From assembly GCA_034670305.1 (NCBI GenBank), contig JAXMNT010000018.1, positions 32,001 through 96,000 of the forward strand: a stretch of 64,000 nucleotides of DNA, in the 5' to 3' direction. Below are positions 1 to 9,955 of this stretch, one piece after another. How positions within the stretch are numbered: the stretch's first letter is position 1; each line of letters starts with the position of its first letter. A program made the position numbers and the translations under genes. The notes below the pieces were generated by a model, which saw only the letters and a program-made list of their open reading frames with translations, did not search any database and was not told the DNA's origin. The stretch comes from Deltaproteobacteria bacterium (GTDB taxonomy: Bacteria; Myxococcota_A; Polyangia; Polyangiales; Houyiibacteriaceae).

Positions 1-281
1 CTTTGCTCCCGCCAAAGCGTGCGGTACCCGCCCTCGCCCCGACGTGCGACGCGAAGACGGCTTGAGCGCGAACGGAAAGGTCGGGCCTTCACCTCAGAAC
101 GGGCTCGGTCCGTCGCGGCGTTTACAAGAGCGCTGCGAGCCCGGGCAGCTCGTACGCACGGCGGCCAGAGGCGCGCCGTTCGTAACGATGCGTCGCTGAC
201 GAGTCGTCGGGCGTCGGAAGAACCTGGTACACCATCGCGGGCGCACGACGAAAGCCTTCCGGCAACGAACGTGGCGTCGTC

Positions 282-331
282 AGGAACCGAACGGGAACCC
301 GTAGGGAAACAAACGGGACCCACTGGGAACT
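282..331 (+). repeat. five helically phased direct repeats RGGA(A/C)(A/C)(C/T) upstream of the A2M operon
   Basis: aggaacc(282), gggaacc(293), gggaaac(304), gggaccc(315), gggaact(325); spacing 11,11,11,10. Confidence 0.6.
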
Positions 332-352
332 AAAAAGCAACCGGGGTGTCGG
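326..352 (+). promoter_or_regulatory. putative ECF sigma promoter
   Basis: GGAACT-N16-GTC immediately before ATGs at 355/361. Confidence 0.4.
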
Positions 353-354
353 GA

Positions 355-3300
355 ATGGCGATGCAGCGGCTACGCAACGCGAGGGTGGGTCGAGTGGGCA
401 GAGTGCAAGGGTGGATGTTCTGCGCGATCGTGGTCCTGGGGGCCGCGCCCGCGATGGCGCAGGTCGATGACGACGGCGAGCGGACAAGCGGCATCGAGGT
501 GGCCGTGCACGGTGGCAACACCGCGCTGCGTGGACGCCCGTTCGGGGTTCGAGGGCGCGCGTTTCGCGTGCAAGGGCTCTCGACCCTGGCGGCGTATTCG
601 GGTGCTTCGGTGCGGGGACGCGTGGTCGCGGTCGTGCGGGGCGACGAAGGCACGGAACGGCGGATCGAAGGCGCCTGGGGCCAGACGCGCGCGAACGCCA
701 ACGGCGACTTCGACGTCTCCTTCGAGCTGCCGACCGACGCGCCCGCCAGCGCCACCTTCGAGATCGAAGTCGGCGGCGAAGACGGACGCACGTTCGACTT
801 TCCGCTCTCCATCCAGTGGTCGGAGCACGTGGAGATCCGGACCGACCGACGCTTCTACCAATCTGGCGAGACCGTGCACGTCTGGGCCCTCGTGCGGGAT
901 GCCCGCAGCGGCGCGCCGATCGCCAACCGACCGGTCACGTTCGCCCGCGTCGAAGAGATCGCGGCGCGCACCAACGACGCGGGCGTCGCGAGCATCGACA
1001 TCGAGCTCGGCGCGTCTCCGGCGATCGGATCCCATTCGGTCTCGGTGACGGTCGGGGGCACGCTTGGACACGTTCGGGCGAACGCCAACTATCAGATCGG
1101 GGTCCGCACCACCGAGCGGTTGATGGCGACGCTCGAGTGGGACGAACGACAAGTTGCGCCGGGCGAACCGTTTGCGCCGCGCGTCACCGCCACCGATCCC
1201 AGCGGCGCACCTGTCCGCGACGCATCCGTCTCGCTCACCGTGCAGGGACGCGACGCGTTGCAGGCCCGGACCAACCGCGACGGCGTGGCGGTCTTCTCGG
1301 CCCGTGCGCCGGCGTTTCTGGTCAACGAGAGCGGCCTCGTGTCCGTCTCCGCCGTGGTCACCCACAGCGCACACGGTCAAGCGCGGGCGAGCCGGAACCT
1401 GCTCCTCGCGGTCCCTCTCGCGCTCCACGTCGAAGCTTCCGCACGCACCGGATCGGCGATGTTGGAGGTCCCCTCCGACGTCTACATCACCGTGCTCGAT
1501 GCCGCAGGCGATCCACCGCCGGTGGGCACCGAAGTCGTGGTCCGAGGGGCCGGCATCGCGCGTCCCACCACCTTGCGTACCGACAGCCACGGCATTGTCT
1601 CGGTGACGCTGCGGTTGCGGTCGGGCGAGGTCGCGGAGCTTCCAGCGTGCACCGGTACGGCGACGATGCTGGACGTCGAGGTGCTCGGCACCCGTGCGCG
1701 CCGTGGCCGGGTCTGTGTGCCTGTCGATCCCCATGCGCTGGTGATGCCGCTCGCCGATGCGCCGGTCGCATCGCCCGGAGACCGGGTCCGGGTGCGGGTG
1801 GAACGGCGCGCGGCGGCGCGGCGCGAAGTCGTGGCGCTCACCATGTGGGTCGGGCGTCAGCCCATGGCGACCGAGTACCTCGCACCGAACACGCGGGAGG
1901 CTTCCTTCGAGGTCCCTGCGACCGGCGGCTTGTTGCGTTTCGAAGCGATGCCGATCTTCGACGCCCGCACCGCCGAGGTGTTCGCTGGCAGTCCCCACAG
2001 CGACGCGCTCCTGGTGCGGCCGCGGGTGCCCTCGTTCGTGGAGATCACCCCAGAGCAAGACTTCTACCCGGTCGAGGGAGAAGCGATCCTCCGCGTGAAG
2101 ACCGAGCCAGGGCAGGGCGGCTGGTTGGCGCTCGACGTCCGCGACATCACCCAGCACGGCGGCGAGGTGCCGTTCGCGATGCACTTCCTGAGTTCGGCGT
2201 TCAGCCGCGCGATGCTGGACCCGGCGACCGAAGACGCGGAGACGTTCCTGCGTGCCGCGCTCGGTGCGCACATCGACGCGGCGGATCCCGTGGACCTGGT
2301 GGGCCCACTCCTGGGACCGTTCGGGCGGCGGAACGACCCCCCCGACGACCACCACGCCGGCTACCAACTGCGCGATCCCGTGCGCGAGGCCCGCATCCTC
2401 GAGCGCTGGGGGGTGGCCGACATCTACCGGTCGATCGAAGGCGCCTTGAAGGACGCCCAAGATCCGACGGAGATCACCCGTGGCAACGGGACCGGACGCC
2501 GGTTCACGGAGTCGCTTCCCTTCGAGTTGAACGAAGCGCGCAGCCTCGGTGAAGTCCCGATGACGGTCTCCATGCTGACCCGCGCCGACCCTTCGTTCAC
2601 GTTCGAGAACGTGGCCCGGCGGATCGCTCGAGTCCGGTTGCTCAAAGCGCTGATGGCGCTCGCCCAAGCGCTCGGCTCCGACGAAGAAGAACCGACGCCG
2701 CTCGCGGCGCAGCCGTCGAGTCGCTGGGTGTCGCAGCTCATCCGCTCCGGCGCGCTGTCGGCGGAACTCATCCGCGATCCGTGGGGCGGCTCCATCGGAC
2801 TGCGCACCCGGCCGAACGATGTGCCGCCGCTCGCACCCGGCGCACCGGACAAGACGCTTGCGTACCCGGGGCCCGACGGTCGGCTCGGGACCGCGGACGA
2901 CATCGTCGATCCATTCGCGCGTGTGGTGCCGACGGGCACCCCATACGCGGTGGCTTCGGGCGAAGACGACTGGATGCGCGCGGTGGCCCGATTGGCGCCA
3001 GGGGTGCAGGCGCTGCAGGCGATGTTGGCGGCCTACGAACGCATCACCGCAGACATGCAAGACGCGCTCATCGCCAGCGCGCTCTTGGCTGGCGCCACCG
3101 AAGGCTACGGCGATGGCGAAGGCACCATCGGGCTCGGCAACATCGGCACCATCGGCCACGGTGGCGGCGGTGGTTCGGGCAGCGGCTACGGACGCGGCTC
3201 GGGCGGACTTCGGGGCCGTTCGGCCCGCACGCCGAGCATCCGCACCGGCCACGCCAACGTCAGTGGGGCGCCGAGTCTGATGAGCGGTCTGATCCGCGAA

Positions 3301-5190
3301 GACATGCCCGCGACCCTCTTCTTCTTGCCCTCCCGCGCGGTGGACCCAAGCGGCACCACCCTGATCTCGGTGCCGCTCGCGCAAGCCGCGACCACCTACA
3401 TCGTCGAAGTCATTCATTGGCGACCGGACGGCTGGGTCTGGAGCGATCACACCCGGGTGCGCGTGGACCAGGAGCTGGTCGTCGATGGTCCCGTGCCGCG
3501 CTACGCGATGGTCGGCGACGAGCTGCACCTCTCGTTGCGGGCGAACAACCGCGGCACCCAGCCCCGCACGGTGCAGCTCTCGGTGCATCCGGAAGGGGAC
3601 CTCGGCATGTCGGTCGTCGCGGCCGAGCCGGTCGTGGTGCCGCCCGGTGATTCGGTCTCCCGTTCGGTCGTCCTCGAAGCCACTCAGGTCGGTGCCGGCA
3701 AGCTCGTCGTGCAGGGCACGTCGGGCGACCTCGAAGACGGGACACGCCGTTCGCTCGACGTGTTGCCCGCTGCGCGTCGCTCCACCGCGTCCACCGAAGC
3801 CATGGTGACCGGCACCGGCCGCACCACCCTCGCGGTTCCCGCCCATGCAGTGCCTCGCGGAGGCGGCCGGGTGGTCGTCACGAGCGGCCGCCGGCTCTTC
3901 CCCGCCCGAGGCGCCTACGACGGTTGGGTACAGCGGGTTCGCGGCGAGACACCCAGCGATGAACAACTGCGCGTCGCCCTCGAGACGATCGACAACGGCT
4001 ACAACCAGCCGGTTCAGCTGGCTGCGGCGATGACGGTGGCGGGCGACCGCATCAGCCCGGCCGCGCTTCGCCGTTCGGTGATCCGCCTGACCTCCGAGAT
4101 CGGTTCCGCGGAAGCATCCCAGCCGGTGGAGCAAGCGGCGACCTTGTTCATGTTCCTCTCGCCGTTGCGCGCATCGGCCGAGGAGAACTCGCCGCTCGCG
4201 CGTCTGCTCACCTCGCTCGAGCGGGTCTTCTTGGAGGGCGCCACCGCACGCTCCGACGACCCAAGCATCCAGGTGGCGGCCGCCGCGGCGTTTGTCTTCG
4301 CAGGAGACAACGAACGGGCGGAAGAACACGCGCGGCGGGCGCGACGTTCACTGATCCAGTTCGGGGACGAAGCGTGGGTGCAGGCGCGCTCGTTCACCAC
4401 GGGTTCCCAGAACATTCAGAGCTCGGCCCTGATGGCGCTGGTGGAGCTCAAACTCGGCCACCGCGAGGCTGGTTTCCGACTGCTGCAGACGCTCACCAAG
4501 CGCACTGCGCTCTCGCTGCGCACTGGCGCCCGCCCCGAAGGCCTCAACAGCCTCGCGAGCGCGTTCGCGCACGCAGCAGCCAGTCTGGTCAGCCGCGAAG
4601 CCACACAAGCCCGCGTTACGGTGGACGGTGAGGTCGTCGTGGTCTCGCTCGAGGGCGGCCGGGGAGAAGCCGCGATCGAATCGCTCGACCGCCCTGGAGA
4701 CCACGTGCTCGAGATCGCCGGCGACACGCCCGAGGTGCTGCATGTGTTCGCCGAGAGCGAGTTCGCCATTCCTTGGGACGTGCCCGGCGCCGAACGACCA
4801 CCGCTGCGGATCGAGTTCGCAGACCGCGAGCCGGGTGTACTTCACGTGGATGGCACCACCACCCACACCCTCGTCGTTCGCAACCTGCGGCCGCGCACCA
4901 TGTCGCGGGCATCGGTCGAAGTGCAGTTGCCCACCGGCGTGGAGCTCGACGAACAAGCCATGAACATCCTGACGCACCGCCTGCGCGCCCGTCCCGTGCG
5001 GGAGCGCAACACGTTGATGCTGAACCTGAGACCGCTGTTGCCAGGGCGCACCGTGCGGCTGGCGATCCGGGTGCGCTGGACCCTCGCCGGTCGCTTCTCC
5101 GGGTTCGGGATCGCCGCGCGATCGGACGATCGACCCGACCTCGAGACCGTGCTGGCCCCGGAACGTTTCTCGGTGGGAGCCGGACAATGA
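355..5190 (+). CDS. alpha-2-macroglobulin-like (MG2/A2M) secreted protein with GspG-like insert, no thioester motif
   Basis: signal peptide (..AAPAMA/Q); MG2 motif TDRRFYQSGETVHVWALVRD; A2M motif IREDMPATLFFLP and PRYAMVGD; DPWG...YPGPDGRLGTADDI; no CxEQ; start could be 346/355/361/415. Confidence 0.85.
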   Translation: MAMQRLRNARVGRVGRVQGWMFCAIVVLGAAPAMAQVDDDGERTSGIEVAVHGGNTALRGRPFGVRGRAFRVQGLSTLAAYSGASVRGRVVAVVRGDEGTERRIEGAWGQTRANANGDFDVSFELPTDAPASATFEIEVGGEDGRTFDFPLSIQWSEHVEIRTDRRFYQSGETVHVWALVRDARSGAPIANRPVTFARVEEIAARTNDAGVASIDIELGASPAIGSHSVSVTVGGTLGHVRANANYQIGVRTTERLMATLEWDERQVAPGEPFAPRVTATDPSGAPVRDASVSLTVQGRDALQARTNRDGVAVFSARAPAFLVNESGLVSVSAVVTHSAHGQARASRNLLLAVPLALHVEASARTGSAMLEVPSDVYITVLDAAGDPPPVGTEVVVRGAGIARPTTLRTDSHGIVSVTLRLRSGEVAELPACTGTATMLDVEVLGTRARRGRVCVPVDPHALVMPLADAPVASPGDRVRVRVERRAAARREVVALTMWVGRQPMATEYLAPNTREASFEVPATGGLLRFEAMPIFDARTAEVFAGSPHSDALLVRPRVPSFVEITPEQDFYPVEGEAILRVKTEPGQGGWLALDVRDITQHGGEVPFAMHFLSSAFSRAMLDPATEDAETFLRAALGAHIDAADPVDLVGPLLGPFGRRNDPPDDHHAGYQLRDPVREARILERWGVADIYRSIEGALKDAQDPTEITRGNGTGRRFTESLPFELNEARSLGEVPMTVSMLTRADPSFTFENVARRIARVRLLKALMALAQALGSDEEEPTPLAAQPSSRWVSQLIRSGALSAELIRDPWGGSIGLRTRPNDVPPLAPGAPDKTLAYPGPDGRLGTADDIVDPFARVVPTGTPYAVASGEDDWMRAVARLAPGVQALQAMLAAYERITADMQDALIASALLAGATEGYGDGEGTIGLGNIGTIGHGGGGGSGSGYGRGSGGLRGRSARTPSIRTGHANVSGAPSLMSGLIREDMPATLFFLPSRAVDPSGTTLISVPLAQAATTYIVEVIHWRPDGWVWSDHTRVRVDQELVVDGPVPRYAMVGDELHLSLRANNRGTQPRTVQLSVHPEGDLGMSVVAAEPVVVPPGDSVSRSVVLEATQVGAGKLVVQGTSGDLEDGTRRSLDVLPAARRSTASTEAMVTGTGRTTLAVPAHAVPRGGGRVVVTSGRRLFPARGAYDGWVQRVRGETPSDEQLRVALETIDNGYNQPVQLAAAMTVAGDRISPAALRRSVIRLTSEIGSAEASQPVEQAATLFMFLSPLRASAEENSPLARLLTSLERVFLEGATARSDDPSIQVAAAAAFVFAGDNERAEEHARRARRSLIQFGDEAWVQARSFTTGSQNIQSSALMALVELKLGHREAGFRLLQTLTKRTALSLRTGARPEGLNSLASAFAHAAASLVSREATQARVTVDGEVVVVSLEGGRGEAAIESLDRPGDHVLEIAGDTPEVLHVFAESEFAIPWDVPGAERPPLRIEFADREPGVLHVDGTTTHTLVVRNLRPRTMSRASVEVQLPTGVELDEQAMNILTHRLRARPVRERNTLMLNLRPLLPGRTVRLAIRVRWTLAGRFSGFGIAARSDDRPDLETVLAPERFSVGAGQ

Positions 5191-8100
5191 ACAACGAACG
5201 AACGCAGCGGCTCTTCCTCTTGCTCCTGTGCAGCGCCATGGTCTGCCTGCACGGCGAAGCCTCCGCGCAGGGCTTCACGCGGCGCGCGCTCCCGGGCGGT
5301 GCGATCACCGGTTTGGAACTGACCCTCGAGGGTCCGCAGGCCGTTGAAGCGGGCCAGCGCGCGCGCTGGTTCGTGGCGCTCCACGAGGTGGTGCGGGATC
5401 AGGCGTACCGCCCGGCGTCCGGTGCGAACATCCAGGTGCTCGCTTCCTACCAACACGGCGAGCCGGTGGCGGACATCACCACCGATGCCAACGGTCGCGC
5501 CGTGATCGAGTTCGTCGTGCCCGTCGACGTGCACAACCACTTTCAGCTGCACATCGACGCGCGATCTGCGGCGCGCGGCATGCGGCGCCGCTTCGAGCTG
5601 CCCGTCTCCATCCGTTCCTCGTACACGATGACGTTGAACTCGCCGGTCGCGCAGGTTCAGCCCTTCGAACGTTTCGTCGTGCACGGGCTGTTGCGCGGCC
5701 CGCGCGGGCGACTCATCGGCGACCAGGACGTCATCGTTCAGACCCAGGTCAACGGCCGCACCCACGCGCCCCCGCAGACAGTGCGCACCCACGAGGGGGC
5801 GTTCGTCGCGACCATTCGCGCACCACGCGCCGATGACATCCGCGTGACCGCGCAGGCGCGCATGACGGTGCCGCCCGCACGCGCAGGCGAACCCGCCGGA
5901 ACCGCGACCGTCTCCGCCTCCCTTGGGCTTCGAGTGCAGCGTGTCTCGCTCCCCCGCGTCGCGGTGCAGGTGCAACCCGCCCGTGCCGTCGTCCGGCCGG
6001 GTGAGATCGTGGATGTCGCGGTCGCTGTGTTCGACAACCTGGGCAACCCGCTCGATGGCGCCCGCGTCGGTGGGGTGCGGTTCCCGTCCGATGTGCCCGA
6101 GGACGAACGCTTCGCGTTGACGGACACCCGAGGCCGCGCCGTGCTGCGCTGGCAGATCCCGCGCGACGGCAGCAGCAGCCGTACCCTCCAGACCACCATC
6201 ACCGCCACCGCACCCGGCATCGGGAATGGCCAAGCAGCAGCGTCGGTGCGGGTGGCTGGATCGTCGGTCGTGATGCGTGCAGCCCCTGAAGGCGGTGCGC
6301 TCATCCCCGGCGTCGTCTCCCGTCTGTTCGTACGTCTGGTGTCTCCCGATGGCACGCCTTCGGTGGGCACCGACGTGGAAGTCGAAGCGCCACGGCTCGG
6401 CCGCTGGGCCGGAACCACGGACGCAGCGGGCGTGGCCATGCTCGAAGGCACCCTACGGGCTGAAGGGCGCGACGCACCCGACGCCTGTGGCGGGGCGACC
6501 GCGCTCGCGATCGAAGTCCGAGCGCTCGGGCAAACCCGCGAGCAGTGCGTGGCCGTCGACCCCGACTCACTCGTCCGGGTGCGGGCGGTCGCTGAGAGCG
6601 CGGCGGCCGAGTCGCGCGGCATCGACGTGGCCATCGCGGTGGCCCCAGAAGCGCGCGCGCTCCCGCTCCGCATGACGCTGCTCCGTGCTGAACAGCTCTC
6701 CTCGGCGACCCACTGGATACCGGTCGAGGACACCATCCTGCCCGCCGTCGGGCGCGGTGGAGAGGTTCGAACGCGGGTCGCGGATCCAAGCCCTCCGGGT
6801 TCACGCACCCCGCTGCTGGTACGCGTGCGTCCGCTCGTGGGCGAAGGACGCGCCGAAGTCCGCGGTGGCGTGGCCCGAGTCGTTCCCCCCGCGGTGACTG
6901 CTTCCTCGCGCCTCGAACTCGATGGCTCCCGCGCCCGGGTGGCCGGTGCGCTGCGTGGCTTCGTGGTGGCCGCCGATGAGTCGTCGGCGAGCGCGCTTCG
7001 AGAGCGCCTGCCCCGCCTGGAGCAGCCGAGCGAGCCGCTGCGTCTCGCTCGACTCGCGAACGAGACCCCGCGCGATCTCAGCGCCCCCTACATCTTGCGC
7101 GGCCGTGCGTTGAGCCCGGTCCCTTCGGTGGACGACCCCACCCAGTTCGGTTTGCTGCGCGATCCGTGGCGTCAGATGGCGCTTTACCAGAGCGGACGGC
7201 TGGCGCTGGTGCTCCGGGCGATCGAAGCCCACGTGATGCAACTGAGTGCGGAGGGCACCATCGAGACCGTCGCCGAACGCACCGGTCGCGGGTACCGGTT
7301 CCACCGCGCACTGATCGATCTCATCGGCTCCGAAGAGTTCGGCCCAGAGGGTGCCCGCGATCTCGGTGGTTTGCCGCTGACCGTCGCGCACCTCGAGGCA
7401 ATGGACCCTGCCTTCACGTTCGACCGGATGGCGCGGCGCATCACCCGGCAGCGGCTCTTGCAGGTGCTCGTGTCGCTGCGCGACTGGGTGCACACGAACA
7501 ACCACGACCTCGACTTCGCGCGGGTCGGAAGCCCGGGCGAGTGGCTCGGCATCATGCTCGAGGACGGGGAGCTCCAGGAGCAACAACTGCGGGACGGATG
7601 GGGTCGGCCCATGGTGTTGCGCGAGGTGCGTGGTCGGGCCCGCTTCGATCTGCTGCAACCGGTGCGGGGGTGGGAGCTGGTCTCCGCTGGGCCCGATGGT
7701 CGCATGGGCAACGCGGACGACGTCGTTGACCCGACCGCGCGAGTCCTGCCGAGCGGCAGCATGTACGGGCGCGCCATGGACGAGGATGGCTTGCTCGCGA
7801 GGCTCAACGGCGTCGCCTTGGGACGGGCGACGTTGGCAGCGCTCTCCGACGCGGTCGACATGGAGGACACCTTCGGTTCGGCGCCCGCCGAAGCGGTGCT
7901 GGCGTCGTTCGAAGACGTTCCGACGCCGTTGCCCGAGCCCACGCCGCTTCGGGCCCCGAACGTCTTGCGTGGCGACGGGTTCGCGCTCGAAGGCGGGCCG
8001 GGCACGTTCTCGCTCTCGCCGCGTCCGGGCACCTACCGGGTGTTCGGCGCGGGCTACGAACAGGGGCGGCTCGTCGTGCACGAGGCACCGCTTACGTGGG

Positions 8101-9878
8101 GCGGCCGAGTGGACGTACGGGTCACCTTCCCGCGCCGCTTGGCGCTGCACGAAACACTTCGAGTCCCGGTTCGCGTCACGCGCCCCTTCGCGCTCGATGG
8201 TTCTGCCGTGGACCCGGTCGAGATCGATCTGCGGGCGAGCTCGGCCAGCGTCGAGGTCGAAGGCGGCCATGTCTCGCTCTCTGCCAGCGAAGAGTCGAAG
8301 ACCACCTACCTGACCTTGCGCGCGACCGCGGCGGGGCGTCCGCAGATCGAGTTTCAAGCGGTCGATGCTGCTGGCGAGGTCCTGTTCGAAGTCACCCGTC
8401 ACGTGCGCGTCGCAGAAGCCGGCGCCCGCCGCACCCGATGGGCAAGCGCGCTCGTCGACTCCGAGTGGCCCATCGAGTTCGACCTGCCCGAAGGCGCCAC
8501 CCACCGGAACATCGAGCTCGTGCTCGTCGCGCCGAATCGGCTCGACGCGGACCCGCTGCTGCGCCCCCTGCGGCAGTCTCACCCGCATCTGCTCGCTTGG
8601 AACCGGGTGCTCGCGGGGGTTCCGCTCGACGAGGAGCTTCGGCAGGGCCTCTCCCAAGCGCCGGCCGATCCCATCATGGCCGCATCGGCGCTCGTGGCAG
8701 CCACCGCGCTCGCGGACGATCTGAGCGGTTGGGCGGGTGTCGCGCGGCGTTCGGAGAGGGCCATCGGCCGAATCGCACAGCTGTCGATGACGACGGAGGA
8801 CAACGCACGCATCCTCGCGGCGCTCTCCCCGATCGCCGCTGGCGTGCCCGTCGACACCGACGGCTCGAGCCGGGTCGAGATCTTCGTCGACCATCTTCGC
8901 GAACAGCTCTGGGATGCGTCCCGACTGCACGCGGAAGACGACCACGTGCTCGCGCAGGTGGCTGCTGCGCTGCTGATGGTCGACCCCGCCGATCAAAGCG
9001 GGCGGGCCTTCTTCCAGGTGGTGCGCCAGCGGCTCGAGACCCGAGGCGATGCGCTCGTCGTCGTTGCCGACACGGACCGAGCGCGGGTCACGGCGACGGC
9101 CGCGATGGCACTCGCGGCGATGCAGCTCGGTGACGAGCCCCTGCGCCAGCGGCTGGCCCGCGGCGCCGCACACCGCTCCTGGCAGGTTCTGCTCGACGCG
9201 TCCCAGGCGCCGACCCCACCCCCTCAGACGCGGAGACGAGGGCGTCGGGGCGAATCCACCGAGCCGCCGCCTTCGCTTCCGGAGCGCGCGTTCTGGCTCT
9301 TGGCGGCGTCCAGCCACGGTGCCCTCGGTCGCGCAGGCACCGTCCGCCTCGACGGTCAGAACGTCGCCATCGACGGTGCTGTGCGGCGCATCCTCGAAGA
9401 CCGCGACGAGGTCCGGGCCGAGGTCGATGCGGAGCATGCCGTCTGGAGCCGGGTGGAAGCGCGGTACGACTTGCCGGTCGCCGAGGTCCAGCCGGAAGGA
9501 GGCGCGGTGCTCTCGCTCGAAGGCGTCACAGGCGATCTCCGTGGACCCGCCGCCCTCGAAGTGAAGGTCGTCGCGGGTCCTGCCATGACGCACCCCATCC
9601 TCGCCATCCAACTGCCGGCCGGCGCCACCCTCCCCGAGGGCGCGCTGGAGGCCATTCGGCGAAACGACGCGGTCGCATCCGTGGGACGCATCGATCGCAA
9701 CGGTCAGGTCCGCATCCAGCTCAGCCCCTTGCCGGCCGGCAGTGAGATCCGGCTGCCGCTGCCGATTCTTTGGCTGGCGTCTGGTCGCCGGAGCGGCCTG
9801 AGCCTCTCGCTCTGGGACGACGTCACCCCATGGCAGGTGTCTTCCATCCCCGCCCGAACCATCGAGATTCCAGATTGA
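5187..9878 (+). CDS. second alpha-2-macroglobulin-like paralog with GspG-like insert
   Basis: ATG 5187 overlaps upstream TGA (ATGA); signal peptide ..GEASA/Q; shares DPAFTFDRMARRI and DGWG...SAGPDGRMGNADDVVDP blocks with gene 1; no CxEQ. Confidence 0.8.
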   Translation: MNNERTQRLFLLLLCSAMVCLHGEASAQGFTRRALPGGAITGLELTLEGPQAVEAGQRARWFVALHEVVRDQAYRPASGANIQVLASYQHGEPVADITTDANGRAVIEFVVPVDVHNHFQLHIDARSAARGMRRRFELPVSIRSSYTMTLNSPVAQVQPFERFVVHGLLRGPRGRLIGDQDVIVQTQVNGRTHAPPQTVRTHEGAFVATIRAPRADDIRVTAQARMTVPPARAGEPAGTATVSASLGLRVQRVSLPRVAVQVQPARAVVRPGEIVDVAVAVFDNLGNPLDGARVGGVRFPSDVPEDERFALTDTRGRAVLRWQIPRDGSSSRTLQTTITATAPGIGNGQAAASVRVAGSSVVMRAAPEGGALIPGVVSRLFVRLVSPDGTPSVGTDVEVEAPRLGRWAGTTDAAGVAMLEGTLRAEGRDAPDACGGATALAIEVRALGQTREQCVAVDPDSLVRVRAVAESAAAESRGIDVAIAVAPEARALPLRMTLLRAEQLSSATHWIPVEDTILPAVGRGGEVRTRVADPSPPGSRTPLLVRVRPLVGEGRAEVRGGVARVVPPAVTASSRLELDGSRARVAGALRGFVVAADESSASALRERLPRLEQPSEPLRLARLANETPRDLSAPYILRGRALSPVPSVDDPTQFGLLRDPWRQMALYQSGRLALVLRAIEAHVMQLSAEGTIETVAERTGRGYRFHRALIDLIGSEEFGPEGARDLGGLPLTVAHLEAMDPAFTFDRMARRITRQRLLQVLVSLRDWVHTNNHDLDFARVGSPGEWLGIMLEDGELQEQQLRDGWGRPMVLREVRGRARFDLLQPVRGWELVSAGPDGRMGNADDVVDPTARVLPSGSMYGRAMDEDGLLARLNGVALGRATLAALSDAVDMEDTFGSAPAEAVLASFEDVPTPLPEPTPLRAPNVLRGDGFALEGGPGTFSLSPRPGTYRVFGAGYEQGRLVVHEAPLTWGGRVDVRVTFPRRLALHETLRVPVRVTRPFALDGSAVDPVEIDLRASSASVEVEGGHVSLSASEESKTTYLTLRATAAGRPQIEFQAVDAAGEVLFEVTRHVRVAEAGARRTRWASALVDSEWPIEFDLPEGATHRNIELVLVAPNRLDADPLLRPLRQSHPHLLAWNRVLAGVPLDEELRQGLSQAPADPIMAASALVAATALADDLSGWAGVARRSERAIGRIAQLSMTTEDNARILAALSPIAAGVPVDTDGSSRVEIFVDHLREQLWDASRLHAEDDHVLAQVAAALLMVDPADQSGRAFFQVVRQRLETRGDALVVVADTDRARVTATAAMALAAMQLGDEPLRQRLARGAAHRSWQVLLDASQAPTPPPQTRRRGRRGESTEPPPSLPERAFWLLAASSHGALGRAGTVRLDGQNVAIDGAVRRILEDRDEVRAEVDAEHAVWSRVEARYDLPVAEVQPEGGAVLSLEGVTGDLRGPAALEVKVVAGPAMTHPILAIQLPAGATLPEGALEAIRRNDAVASVGRIDRNGQVRIQLSPLPAGSEIRLPLPILWLASGRRSGLSLSLWDDVTPWQVSSIPARTIEIPD

Positions 9879-9955
9879 CCCATCTGTAAGCGCTGGTTGT
9901 TGCAAGTCTTGGTGGTCGTTGCGAGTCTCCGCTCAGGGATTGTGAGGTGCTTGCG

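Noticed and set aside
19-333. 104-aa ORF upstream of the A2M operon
   Set aside because: Arg/Ala-rich with no motifs and overlapping the promoter repeats; likely non-coding
2770-2915. Type II secretion gspG gene
   Set aside because: The motif is internal to a large ORF, with no prepilin leader or other gsp genes
370-9905. Long minus-strand ORFs 370-4329, 4842-6233 and 6801-9905
   Set aside because: Antisense shadows of the A2M-like genes, expected in high-GC DNA; no motifs
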